The position numbers and the translations under genes were made by a program. Positions 50,773-61,281 of a stretch of 64,000 nt of DNA are shown here, in pieces (the stretch's first letter is position 1; the number at the start of each line of letters is the position of its first letter). Origin of the DNA: an uncultured Candidatus Actinomarina sp. (lineage in GTDB: Bacteria > Actinomycetota > Acidimicrobiia > Actinomarinales > Actinomarinaceae); NCBI GenBank assembly GCA_902626065.1, contig CACODT010000001.1, positions 221,728 to 285,727 on the forward strand. The letters run 5' to 3'. The notes beneath the pieces were generated by a model that saw only the letters and a program-made list of their open reading frames with translations, made no database searches and was not told where the DNA came from.

Positions 50773-51788
50773 ATTTTTAATGACCTACCAACTACTTCAG
50801 CCATCGAACTTACTTTTTTCCCTAAGTCAGTAAGTTCTGGTGGAGTTAAAGCTTGTGGCCCATCACATAATGCTTCATCTGGCCTTGGATGTATCTCAAT
50901 AAGAAGACCGTCTGCTCCTGCAGCAATAGCTGCTAAAGCAATTGGAGCAACTAAATTATTTGCCCCAGTCCCATGGCTTGGATCAGCAATAACTGGTAAA
51001 TGTGTATTCATTTTCAAATAAGGAATAGCATTTATATCAAAAGTATTTCTTGTGGCTGTTTCAAAGGTTCTGATACCTCTCTCACATAAAATAACATTTT
51101 CATTACCTCTCGTAAGGATATATTCGGAAGCTAAAAGTAGCTCTTCAAGGGTTGCGCTCATTCCTCTTTTTAATAAAACTGGAAGTTTTGATTCTCCAAC
51201 AGCTTCCAAGAGTTTAAAGTTTTGCATATTTCTCGCTCCGATTTGAAGTACATCAACATATTTCTCCATCATCTCAAGATGCTGAACGTCCATAATTTCA
51301 CTGAATAATGGTAAATTATGTAAATCTGCAGCTTCTTTAAGCAATACTAGACCTTCTTCACCAAGACCTTGAAAACTGTATGGAGAGGTTCTTGGTTTGA
51401 ACGCACCACCTCTTAATCCATTTCCTCCAGCTTGAACAACAGCTTCAGCTGTTTCTAACGTTTGTTCTTGATATTCTGCGCTATCTGGCCCTGCTATAAA
51501 TGCAAGTTCTTTACCTCCCACAACTAAATCTTTGATTTTTACTTCTGTATTTGATGCTTTATAGGTTTTACTTGCAAGCTTGTAAGATCTTCCGATTGGA
51601 ATAACCTGATGAACGTTATCTAACAATCGCATAACTCCACGATTATCTTCAATTACCTTCCCATGGACAGCAACTACAGTCCTTTCAACTCCATAAAGAA
51701 CTTTTGGCTCATGACCTTGTTCAATTGCCTTTGCCTTTACCTTTTCAATGTCTTCCTCAGAAGCAGCTTGCTTCATTACTACGATCAA
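50769..51788 (-). CDS. aroG: 3-deoxy-7-phosphoheptulonate (DAHP) synthase, type I-beta with N-terminal ferredoxin-like regulatory domain
   Basis: KPRTSPYSFQG, ADPSHGTG and the DAHPS/KDO8PS TIM-barrel. The start is set at the TTG at 51788, 6 nt after AGGAGG. The track's ATG at 51833 would translate through a terminator hairpin. Confidence 0.8.
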   Translation of the reverse strand: MIVVMKQAASEEDIEKVKAKAIEQGHEPKVLYGVERTVVAVHGKVIEDNRGVMRLLDNVHQVIPIGRSYKLASKTYKASNTEVKIKDLVVGGKELAFIAGPDSAEYQEQTLETAEAVVQAGGNGLRGGAFKPRTSPYSFQGLGEEGLVLLKEAADLHNLPLFSEIMDVQHLEMMEKYVDVLQIGARNMQNFKLLEAVGESKLPVLLKRGMSATLEELLLASEYILTRGNENVILCERGIRTFETATRNTFDINAIPYLKMNTHLPVIADPSHGTGANNLVAPIALAAIAAGADGLLIEIHPRPDEALCDGPQALTPPELTDLGKKVSSMAEVVGRSLKI

Positions 51789-51800
51789 TTTGTTCCTCCT

Positions 51801-51828
51801 AAAAAAAAATCGGGCTTTTGCCCGATTT
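51801..51828 (-). terminator. intrinsic terminator immediately upstream of the aroG RBS (attenuator terminator candidate)
   Basis: The minus-strand RNA is AAAUCGGGC-AAAA-GCCCGAUUU followed by U9, then AGGAGG and a TTG start. Confidence 0.6.
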
Positions 51829-51852
51829 GACACAACGTTACTTTAGGGCAGC

Positions 51853-51894
51853 TTATATGTGCGCTCTAAAGTAAAAGTATGTGTTAATTTTCAT
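51853..51894 (-). promoter_or_regulatory. 13-codon leader peptide ORF MKINTYFYFRAHI (tandem Tyr-Phe-Tyr-Phe codons)
   Basis: An ATG at 51894..51892 and a TAA at 51855..51853 lie between the aroH stop and the terminator. Its YFYF codons overlap one arm (CUUUAGAGC) of an upstream hairpin. Confidence 0.4.
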
Positions 51895-51935
51895 TGTGGT
51901 AATGATACCATGTATGACAGATTTGCAAATAGTTT

Positions 51936-52277
51936 TTATCTATCTGGTCTTAAATTCTTAGCTTCACCTAAATAGATATGAGTTACTTCAATTTCATCAT
52001 TGTAAGTTACTAAAACTCTTATACAACCTTCAAGGTCATTAATTATGTTTGGTGCCTTTGTATCAATTGCAGATAATTGATGGTGACCAAGTTCTCTGAG
52101 AGCCTTTGCTGGAAAAGCGGCATCAAGATCATTGGTAACAGTAAAAATTACAGAAACAATTTTTGAAATATCAAGGTTGTTATTTTCTACAATCGTATTA
52201 AATAATTCTTTTGTAGATTTTAATATATCGTTTTCTGTGTTCTCTACTGCAGCAATTGCTCCCCTTATTCCATTCAT
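51936..52277 (-). CDS. aroH: chorismate mutase, AroH class (monofunctional)
   Basis: MNGIRGAIAAVENT...FPAKALRELG...CIRVLV...LRPDR is collinear with B. subtilis AroH. The start is moved to the ATG at 52277 because the track's extra 13 aa translate the groEL terminator hairpin. Confidence 0.8.
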   Translation of the reverse strand: MNGIRGAIAAVENTENDILKSTKELFNTIVENNNLDISKIVSVIFTVTNDLDAAFPAKALRELGHHQLSAIDTKAPNIINDLEGCIRVLVTYNDEIEVTHIYLGEAKNLRPDR

Positions 52278-52298
52278 GACAACTAATGATAAAAAAAA

Positions 52299-52326
52299 AG
52301 AGTGGACGTTGTCCACTCTTTTTTTT
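52299..52326 (-). terminator. intrinsic terminator after groEL (bidirectional hairpin, A9/T8 flanks)
   Basis: agagtggac-gtt-gtccactct, a 9-bp stem, with the aroH ATG about 20 nt downstream. Confidence 0.6.
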
Positions 52327-52340
52327 AAAAAATGTATGTT

Positions 52341-53978
<1,638 letters not shown>

Positions 53979-53981
53979 CTA

Positions 53982-54275
53982 TTATTTTCCGACTACTGCG
54001 AGTATATCTCTACTTGATAAAATCAAATATTCTTCGCCGTCAACTTTAATTTCTGTTCCACCATATTTTGAATAAACAACTTTGTCACCTTTTTTAACAT
54101 CAGGTTTAATTTTTTCTCCGTTGTCATTAGTTTCTCCAGGTCCTACAGCAACAACCTCTCCTTCTTGGGGTTTCTCCTTCGCCGTATCAGGTATGTAAAT
54201 TCCCGATGGAGTTTTCATATCTTCTTCAGATAGTGGTTTTACGACAACTCTATCTCCTAGTGGTTGAAGATTCAT
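53982..54275 (-). CDS. groS: co-chaperonin GroES
   Basis: [14 protein letters not shown]...GEVVAVGPG. 97 aa. Confidence 0.95.
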   Translation of the reverse strand: MNLQPLGDRVVVKPLSEEDMKTPSGIYIPDTAKEKPQEGEVVAVGPGETNDNGEKIKPDVKKGDKVVYSKYGGTEIKVDGEEYLILSSRDILAVVGK

Positions 54276-54354
54276 GTTTAATTCCTTCCTAAAATTTTCT
54301 ACTTTTTGAATTTAATATAGTTATGTTTATAAAGGTATTTATTTTCTTAAATTG

Positions 54355-55356
54355 TTAAGAAATTATTGAAGATAACCTTATATCGTCAATATTAATTTTA
54401 TTTGTAATAAGCTCATTTTTAGCAGCAACGCAAATCATTGCTGCATTATCAGTTGATAATTTTGGTGAAGGTAAATAAAGGTTTTTATTGTTATTTTCAG
54501 AAAATAATACAATTTTTTCACGTAACCTAGAATTTGCCATGACTCCACCTCCACCTGATATATTGTTAACACCAGTTTCTTTAATCGCTTTGACAAAAAT
54601 TTCCATTAAGGAATCAACGATTGCCTCTTGATATGATGCAGCAAAATCTTTTTTTAATAGTTGATCCTCTTCTGAAAGCTTCTGTAGAAAATAAACTGCT
54701 GCTGTCTTCAATCCAGAAAAAGAATAGTCAAATTTGTTTGAAGTTTTAGGTCGAGGAAGATCTACTTTTTTTGGGTCACCGCCTTCTGATATTTTTTGTA
54801 TCGCTGGTCCCCCAGGAAAACCAAATCCACAAAATCTTGATAGCTTGTCAAAAGCTTCACCTGCCGCATCATCAATGGTTGAGCCCAAGAGATTATATTT
54901 TCCCCAATCTTCAACTAAAACAATTTGTGTATGTCCTCCAGAGACAAGTAATGATAGAAATGGAGGCTCCATGTTTGGATGCTCAATAAGAGGTGCACTT
55001 AGATGTCCGACCATATGATCTACTGCATAAAATGGCTTTTCAAGTGCCCATGCTACAGATTTTGCAAAATTGTATCCTACCACAAGACTGCCTGCCAGAC
55101 CCGGACCATCAGTGCTAGCCACAATATCAATCTCACCTATATCTATCCCGCATTCATTGATAGACGAATGAAAAAGATTTCTTATCATTTCAGCGTGTGC
55201 TCTAGAAGCAACTTCCGGTACTACCCCACCAAATTTCTCATGAATTTCGACTTGTGATGAAATCTTGTTTATTAAGAGCTTGTCACCTTTCATTAACGCT
55301 ATCGCTGTCTCATCACAACTTGTTTCAAAACCTATAATAATTTTTTCACTCTGCAT
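54355..55356 (-). CDS. tsaD: tRNA N6-adenosine threonylcarbamoyltransferase
   Basis: IIGFETSCDETAIAL, HMVGHLSAPL and SGGV motifs. The start is set at the ATG at 55356 (MQSEKIIIGFETSCDE), which overlaps the rimI stop by 11 nt. The track's 52-aa extension overlaps rimI extensively. Confidence 0.8.
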   Translation of the reverse strand: MQSEKIIIGFETSCDETAIALMKGDKLLINKISSQVEIHEKFGGVVPEVASRAHAEMIRNLFHSSINECGIDIGEIDIVASTDGPGLAGSLVVGYNFAKSVAWALEKPFYAVDHMVGHLSAPLIEHPNMEPPFLSLLVSGGHTQIVLVEDWGKYNLLGSTIDDAAGEAFDKLSRFCGFGFPGGPAIQKISEGGDPKKVDLPRPKTSNKFDYSFSGLKTAAVYFLQKLSEEDQLLKKDFAASYQEAIVDSLMEIFVKAIKETGVNNISGGGGVMANSRLREKIVLFSENNNKNLYLPSPKLSTDNAAMICVAAKNELITNKINIDDIRLSSIIS

Positions 55357-55792
55357 ATACTTTTTCCTTAATAAAAATGTCTGCGTCTTCGGTGACATAA
55401 TATTTTTGTCTTTTACCAAAATGTTTAAATTTGTATTTTTTATATAAACTCTGTGCAGATTTATTAGATTCACGAACTTCCAAGATAATTTTTTCATATT
55501 TTGAAGCTTCAAAATAACTTATTAATTCGTCCATAAGTTTGGTTGCTACACCTTTTTTTCTGTATTCTTCCAATACACCAATTCCTAAAATCTCAATATC
55601 ATGATGAATGAATTGGATACCCAAATAACCTATAATTTCATCTTCATTTTGATAAATCCAATATTTAAAACTTTTATCATTAATTTTTTGCTTAATGATG
55701 CTGGTATCCCATGACATAGAAAATAAATTTTGCTCTAAGTTTGATAGCTTAAGTGCTGTTTCAGGCGAACAAAATTCTAGACTTTTAATCAT
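55346..55792 (-). CDS. rimI: ribosomal-protein-alanine N-acetyltransferase (GNAT)
   Basis: GNAT fold with an acetyl-CoA motif (RKKGVATKLMDE). It sits between tsaB and tsaD as in many bacteria. Confidence 0.75.
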   Translation of the reverse strand: MIKSLEFCSPETALKLSNLEQNLFSMSWDTSIIKQKINDKSFKYWIYQNEDEIIGYLGIQFIHHDIEILGIGVLEEYRKKGVATKLMDELISYFEASKYEKIILEVRESNKSAQSLYKKYKFKHFGKRQKYYVTEDADIFIKEKVYAE

Positions 55793-56480
55793 AAAACTTC
55801 ACATTCCCACTCAAACTATCTTTTGATAATGTCACATCAGGTTCTCTCATATATTCAAGGTTTATTTCATTAAAGTCTGGATAATCTTTTATTTTTTCAC
55901 CAACGTTATAAATGTTTTCAGCAGTTACAAATCTCGGCTCGGCTAATTTAGTATTACTATCAGTAAGAATTTTTTTATTTTCTATAAGATCCCAATTACC
56001 TACTAGTAATTTTTTATCGGCGTCATCAGAAAGTTTAATTTCTAAGCTTTCAACTGAAATAACTTGAGGGTTTAACTCTCGTGTTACGCCACCCGGAACT
56101 GGCATATATTCACAATAAGCAAACTCATTTCGTTTGATATCAATTAATGAACATATTTTTCTATGGCTTGTATGCGCTGCAAACGCAAGAGCATCGAGAC
56201 CATTTACTGGAATTATAGGTATGCCCAAAACAGCACCAAGCCCTTGAGACACTGATAAACCGATTCTTAGTCCAGTGTAATATCCTGGTCCTACGTCAAG
56301 ATAAAGTGCGCTAAGATCATTTCTGCTTACTTTTGTTTTATCAAATAATTCATTAATTTGATTGAGAAGTATTCCTGTAGAACCCCTATTGGTTTTTGAA
56401 ACAAAACTAGCAACCAATTTATCCTTAAAAATAGCTGCAGAAACATATTCACCTGATGTAGAAATAGATAATTTGTACAA
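55785..56480 (-). CDS. tsaB: tRNA threonylcarbamoyladenosine biosynthesis protein TsaB (YeaZ)
   Basis: Inactive Kae1-homologue fold and a conserved gene context. Confidence 0.7.
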   Translation of the reverse strand: MYKLSISTSGEYVSAAIFKDKLVASFVSKTNRGSTGILLNQINELFDKTKVSRNDLSALYLDVGPGYYTGLRIGLSVSQGLGAVLGIPIIPVNGLDALAFAAHTSHRKICSLIDIKRNEFAYCEYMPVPGGVTRELNPQVISVESLEIKLSDDADKKLLVGNWDLIENKKILTDSNTKLAEPRFVTAENIYNVGEKIKDYPDFNEINLEYMREPDVTLSKDSLSGNVKFYD

Positions 56481-56481
56481 T

Positions 56482-56892
56482 TTAAAACCTTATCATTCTT
56501 GTTGAATCATCAATTATATCAACATCAACAATTGTCCAATTATTAAGATTTGTATCTGGAAGTTGGTTAGACCATTCAACAAAAAATAAGGTTTTTTCTT
56601 CAAATAAAGGAAGATCGAGATCAATAAATTCTTGGAATGATGAGAGTCTATATAGGTCAACATGATAAATGCATAAATCTTCTTTGAGATAATTTTTTAC
56701 AATATTAAATGTTGGGGAAGTTACATTATCTTCGATTCCCAAATGGTAAATTATTTTTTTGATTATTGAAGTTTTCCCAGCCCCTAAACTTCCGTTAAAT
56801 CCTACAACAGAAGGAATTGATAATTTTGTTACAAAGTCTTTTGCAAATTCATCTAAATCTGATTCTTTAAGCTCGATCTCATTCAATTTCAA
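56482..56892 (-). CDS. tsaE: tRNA threonylcarbamoyladenosine biosynthesis ATPase TsaE (YjeE)
   Basis: GSLGAGKTS Walker A. The start is proposed at the TTG at 56892 (or 56886), near the alr stop. The track's ATG at 56985 would overlap alr by 107 nt. Confidence 0.6.
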   Translation of the reverse strand: MKLNEIELKESDLDEFAKDFVTKLSIPSVVGFNGSLGAGKTSIIKKIIYHLGIEDNVTSPTFNIVKNYLKEDLCIYHVDLYRLSSFQEFIDLDLPLFEEKTLFFVEWSNQLPDTNLNNWTIVDVDIIDDSTRMIRF

Positions 56893-57961
56893 CCCTTTCA
56901 AGTCGTTCGTTAATATTAGTAAGGATCTCCCATTCAATAGTCTTATTCCATTTTGCAATATCGAAAACTGTAATTTTAAGTTCATTGTTCTCAGAATTTC
57001 CTAAAAGAACAACTTCATCATTAATATTTGCCTCAACATCTGTGATGTCATATAAAATTTGATCCATAGTTACTCTTCCTATCAAATTGCAATATGTATT
57101 GTTAACTATTACTTTTCCATCAGGAAATGTACTCCATGGATATCCATCGCCATATCCTACGGGCGATACTCCTACAGTTGTGTCTCTATCTAGAGTCAAT
57201 GCTTTTCCATAAGAAACGGCTTCACCTTTTTTTCTATGGTGAATGTTTGATATTCTTGTTTTTATTGCCATCGTAGGTTTGAGGTCTTGAACAACTTCTG
57301 CGGGTGTTATGTTGCACCCATATACTGCGAGACCAACTCTTGACAGGTTAAAAGTAGGATCAAAATTATAAAATGATGATCCAGAATTATCTGCATGTAA
57401 TAGTAAATTATCTGTATTTACATCCTTGATTGTTTGTTTGAACAATTCGATAGATTCTTCTGTAGGCTCTATCTCTTCGTCAGCTAATGGAAAATGGGTG
57501 CATATACCAGCAAGATTTATGGTTTTAGAGTTTGTTATTTTTTCATAAAGGTTTTTAAAATCTTCTGGTTCACAACCAACTCTGTGCATACCAGTATCGA
57601 TTTTTATATGGGCATTGAATGCTTTACCGGATTTTGCTAGACCGTCAATAAAAAAATTATTATAAACTGTTAAGTCGATATTGTATTTCTCTATATTGTC
57701 TATCTCTCCAAGTGATGGCTCCGTAAGCAACAATACCCTTAGTTCATCAGATTGAGCACGAACTTTTTTTGCTTCACTAATAGCTGCTACTGCAAACCAT
57801 TTGATTCCAGCTTCCATTGCCGTTTTGACGGTCCATTCAATGCCGTGACCATAACCATTGGCTTTGACAACCAAGCAAAGTTCCTTATCTGATAGTTGTT
57901 TTAATAATTCTATATTGTGTAAATAATTTGTCTTATTTACGTATACGTAACCTCTATCCAT
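56879..57961 (-). CDS. alr: alanine racemase
   Basis: CLVVKANGYGHG (PLP-Lys region) and the C-terminal beta domain. 360 aa. Confidence 0.85.
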   Translation of the reverse strand: MDRGYVYVNKTNYLHNIELLKQLSDKELCLVVKANGYGHGIEWTVKTAMEAGIKWFAVAAISEAKKVRAQSDELRVLLLTEPSLGEIDNIEKYNIDLTVYNNFFIDGLAKSGKAFNAHIKIDTGMHRVGCEPEDFKNLYEKITNSKTINLAGICTHFPLADEEIEPTEESIELFKQTIKDVNTDNLLLHADNSGSSFYNFDPTFNLSRVGLAVYGCNITPAEVVQDLKPTMAIKTRISNIHHRKKGEAVSYGKALTLDRDTTVGVSPVGYGDGYPWSTFPDGKVIVNNTYCNLIGRVTMDQILYDITDVEANINDEVVLLGNSENNELKITVFDIAKWNKTIEWEILTNINERLERVEIE

Positions 57962-57966
57962 ATTAT

Positions 57967-59763
57967 TTATTCTACAGTAACTGACTTTGCAAGGTTTCTT
58001 GGTTGATCAATCGATTGGCCATTCTTGTTAGCCACGTGATAAGCAATAAATTGTAGAGGTATGATCGAGATCAAAGTAGTTAGTAATTCATTACTATCTG
58101 GTAGAGCGACATAATCATTTGATATATTCTCAAGTTTCTCTGACTCACTATCTCCAATAGCAATTACATATGCTCCCCTAGCAATAACCTCTTGTACATT
58201 ACTTGTCGTCTTATCAAGTAGATGATTTTGACTAGCAGTAACTATTACAGGGGTTCCTTCTTCTATTAAAGCGAGTGTGCCGTGTTTAAGCTCTCCTGCT
58301 GCTAATGCCTCAGCATGAAGATAGGAAATTTCTTTTAATTTTAAGGCACCTTCAGCTGCTAAAGCATAATCTAATCCTCGACCAATAAAATAGATATCAT
58401 TCTTTTTATAGATTTTTTCAGATATTTCTTTTATTTGACCTTCACAAGCCATGGTCTGATCTATTAGGTTTGGGAGTTCTGCAATTTCATCAAATAAAAC
58501 ATCTAACTTATTTTGAGCGTCCCAGTGTTTTGCTATAACAAGCTGAGAAACAAGCATACCTAAATAAGCTTTAGTAGAAGCTACGCCTATCTCTGGACCT
58601 ACATGTAAATAAAATACACTATCAGCCATTCTTGCTAGCGAACTACCAACCACATTTACTAAAGCAAGAACATGTGAGCCATTTTCCTTTAATAATTCTG
58701 TAGCAGCAATAGTGTCCATGGTTTCTCCAGACTGGGAAATTACAATACCTAAATCGTTTTTTCCCACGATTGGTTCTCTATATCTAAACTCGGAAGCAAG
58801 CTCAACACTTACCGGAACTCCAAGAACTTTCTCAAATAGGTCTTTTCCAAACAAACCGGCATGATAGGCTGTTCCGCATGCAACAATCCAAATTTTTTCA
58901 AATTTTGAAGCCTCGTCTAACTTAATCGGGATTTCATCTGAGGATGCTTCAAGCCTTCCCGATAAAGTTCTTTCGATTACCTCAGATTGTTCAAGTATTT
59001 CCTTATACATAAAATGGTCATACCCTGACTTCTCTGCTTCAGATACCTCCCAATCAATTTCTTGAATTTCTCTCTGGATTTCATTTAATTCAGAGTCGAA
59101 CAACTTATATTTACCATTTTTAATTTCTACAAAATCACCGTTTTCAAGAAATATCATTTTCTTTGTATGTTCCAAGATTGCTGCTGAATCAGATGCTAGA
59201 AAAACCTCATTATCACCAACTCCAAGAACTAAAGGACTCATTAATCTTCCTGCAACAATAGTGTCCTCTTCTTTAGTTGTAGTTACAACAAGGGCATATG
59301 TTCCCTCAAGTGTTTTTGCTACATCTACGACTGTTTTTAAAAGATTTCCATTCCATTTTCTGCTTAACTCTATAGCTACGACTTCCGTGTCGGTGTCTGA
59401 ATTAAATTTAAATCCGTCGTTTATAAGATCTTTCTTGATTTCTGCATAATTCTCAATAATGCCATTGTGAATGATTGCAAATTCATCATTGTTGTCTGAA
59501 TGTGGATGTGCATTCACATCATTTGGTACTCCATGAGTTGCCCATCTTGTATGACCAATCCCAATGTTTCCTAAAATTTGCTTATCTTCTAAATGTTCTT
59601 TTAAGACATCGAGTTTACCCTCTTTTTTTTCAATCGTAATTTTGCTTCCATCAGAAATTGCTATTCCTGCCGAATCATATCCCCGATATTCCAAACGAGA
59701 AAGACCATTGATTAAAATTGGTAAAGGTTCTTTAGGGCCTGAATACCCTACAATTCCACACAC
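57967..59763 (-). CDS. glmS: glutamine--fructose-6-phosphate aminotransferase
   Basis: GTG start then CGIVGY (N-terminal Cys nucleophile), two SIS domains and a C-terminal ...KSVTVE. An SD (GGAG) lies 5 nt upstream. Confidence 0.95.
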   Translation of the reverse strand: MCGIVGYSGPKEPLPILINGLSRLEYRGYDSAGIAISDGSKITIEKKEGKLDVLKEHLEDKQILGNIGIGHTRWATHGVPNDVNAHPHSDNNDEFAIIHNGIIENYAEIKKDLINDGFKFNSDTDTEVVAIELSRKWNGNLLKTVVDVAKTLEGTYALVVTTTKEEDTIVAGRLMSPLVLGVGDNEVFLASDSAAILEHTKKMIFLENGDFVEIKNGKYKLFDSELNEIQREIQEIDWEVSEAEKSGYDHFMYKEILEQSEVIERTLSGRLEASSDEIPIKLDEASKFEKIWIVACGTAYHAGLFGKDLFEKVLGVPVSVELASEFRYREPIVGKNDLGIVISQSGETMDTIAATELLKENGSHVLALVNVVGSSLARMADSVFYLHVGPEIGVASTKAYLGMLVSQLVIAKHWDAQNKLDVLFDEIAELPNLIDQTMACEGQIKEISEKIYKKNDIYFIGRGLDYALAAEGALKLKEISYLHAEALAAGELKHGTLALIEEGTPVIVTASQNHLLDKTTSNVQEVIARGAYVIAIGDSESEKLENISNDYVALPDSNELLTTLISIIPLQFIAYHVANKNGQSIDQPRNLAKSVTVE

Positions 59764-59785
59764 TATATCTCCATTCCAACGAGCA

Positions 59786-59940
59786 GGTTAAAATAAAGAC
59801 TGCTTTAAATTGTCTCTGTTCAAAAATTTCTCTTTGTTTTTAAACAATTTATATCGACCGCAGAGCCGAGTATGCATCCGCCGAATTTTTCGATAACATA
59901 CTTCCTCGTCACCTCGTTAAAGGCCAGGCGCTATATTGCT
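59786..59940 (-). ncRNA. glmS ribozyme (GlcN6P-dependent self-cleaving riboswitch) in the glmS leader
   Basis: The minus strand carries AUAGCGCCUGGCC...AACGAGGUGACGAGGAAGUAUGUUAUCGAAAAAUUCGGCGGAUGCAUACUCGG. These match glmS ribozyme core elements (AGCGCC at the cleavage site, GACGAGGA and UUAUCGAAUUUUCGGCGGAUGC). The 3' boundary is approximate. Confidence 0.75.
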
Positions 59941-59969
59941 CGTTATAAAGAGTATATCGATAAGTATGG

Positions 59970-61274
59970 TTAATTTAGGTATTTATTAATTTTTGTAATA
60001 AGCTCATTTGAAAAATCTTCCATAGCTTCATTACTTTTAGCCTCAACAAGTACACGCAATAATGGTTCTGTCCCTGAATTACGTATTAAATATCTTCCAT
60101 CTAAATCTTTTTTTATTGACATGTCTAAAGCTATCTGGTTGATGTATTCTAATTCTTCGTCATTTAATTTATTTTTTAGTTCTAGGTTTGTCAGTTTTTG
60201 TGGGTATTCATAAAGATTCTCGCTCTTAAAATCACTCAAAGCTACACCGAAGTGTTGCATAGCTTTCAAAACATAGATTAATGTAACTAGACCGTCACCA
60301 ACTGGTAATAAGTCAGAAATAATGATGTGACCAGACTGTTCTCCACCTAAAGCAGCATCATATTTTTTCATTGCTTCTGCAACATATTTATCACCAACTG
60401 GAGTTTCAATAAGATCAAAATTAAATTTTTCTATGGCTTGTTTAAAGCCATAATTTGACATTACCGTACTAACAACAATGTTATTGGTAAGCTGATTAAC
60501 CTCTGATAAATATTTTGAAAGAATTGTTAATATCAGATCTCCATTTACAATATCTCCATTTTCATCAACCATTATTAATCTATCGGCATCACCATCAAAA
60601 GATGCGCCAATTTCACCCTTTTCTATATTTTTTTGTAGATTCTCAGGAACTGTTGCTCCACAGTCTTCATTAATATTTAAGCCATCCGGTTGATTATTGA
60701 TAATTCTGTAATTTGCATTTTTTTTATCAAATAACTCTTTTATGACTGTTGATGCTGATCCGTTTGCTGCATCGATGAGTATTTGAAAATTACTAAAATC
60801 AATATCTGTAACCTTATCAAGAAAATTAAGATACTCATGATGTCCATCACTTAAATTAATTATTTGAGAATGTTGATTTGGTAGTTCTAAACTTTCGATA
60901 TTTTTTTCAATTGATATTTCATCATCATCATCTAATTTTGATCCGTTTTCTTGAATTAACTTTATGCCGTTATATTCAGCAGGATTATGTGAAGCAGAAA
61001 TTATAATTCCAAGATCGTAATTAAATTTTTTCAAAATTATAGGCATTGAACCAGAAGGTAAAACTCCATGATTAAAAATATTTACTTTGCTTGAAAATCC
61101 TATGGAAATCCAATTAAGAATTTCATCTGAAGATGAACGTGTATCTGAAATGACAGCAATATTTTTGGGATTTATATGTTGTTCAACAGATGCGGATATT
61201 TTGGATATGAGATCTTGACTTAAAGTATCGTTAGGTATTCCCCTAATACCATCAGTACCAAAATACTTCTTCAA
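59970..61274 (-). CDS. glmM: phosphoglucosamine mutase
   Basis: KKYFGTDGIRG and the ASHNPAEYNGIK phosphoserine loop. The start is placed at the TTG at 61274 (giving MKKYFGTDGIRG), just downstream of the rpsI stop. The track's ATG would overlap rpsI by 74 nt. Confidence 0.9.
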   Translation of the reverse strand: MKKYFGTDGIRGIPNDTLSQDLISKISASVEQHINPKNIAVISDTRSSSDEILNWISIGFSSKVNIFNHGVLPSGSMPIILKKFNYDLGIIISASHNPAEYNGIKLIQENGSKLDDDDEISIEKNIESLELPNQHSQIINLSDGHHEYLNFLDKVTDIDFSNFQILIDAANGSASTVIKELFDKKNANYRIINNQPDGLNINEDCGATVPENLQKNIEKGEIGASFDGDADRLIMVDENGDIVNGDLILTILSKYLSEVNQLTNNIVVSTVMSNYGFKQAIEKFNFDLIETPVGDKYVAEAMKKYDAALGGEQSGHIIISDLLPVGDGLVTLIYVLKAMQHFGVALSDFKSENLYEYPQKLTNLELKNKLNDEELEYINQIALDMSIKKDLDGRYLIRNSGTEPLLRVLVEAKSNEAMEDFSNELITKINKYLN

Positions 61275-61281
61275 TGAATTA

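Noticed and set aside
51789-51833. Extended N-terminus of DAHP synthase (MSNRAKARFFFRRNK...)
   Set aside because: It translates through the terminator hairpin and the AGGAGG. The Phe run is just the U-tract read in frame. The TTG at 51788 with good SD spacing is preferred.
55357-55512. 52-aa N-terminal extension of tsaD in the ORF track
   Set aside because: TsaD proteins begin near the ETSCDDT motif. The extension overlaps rimI by more than 150 nt.
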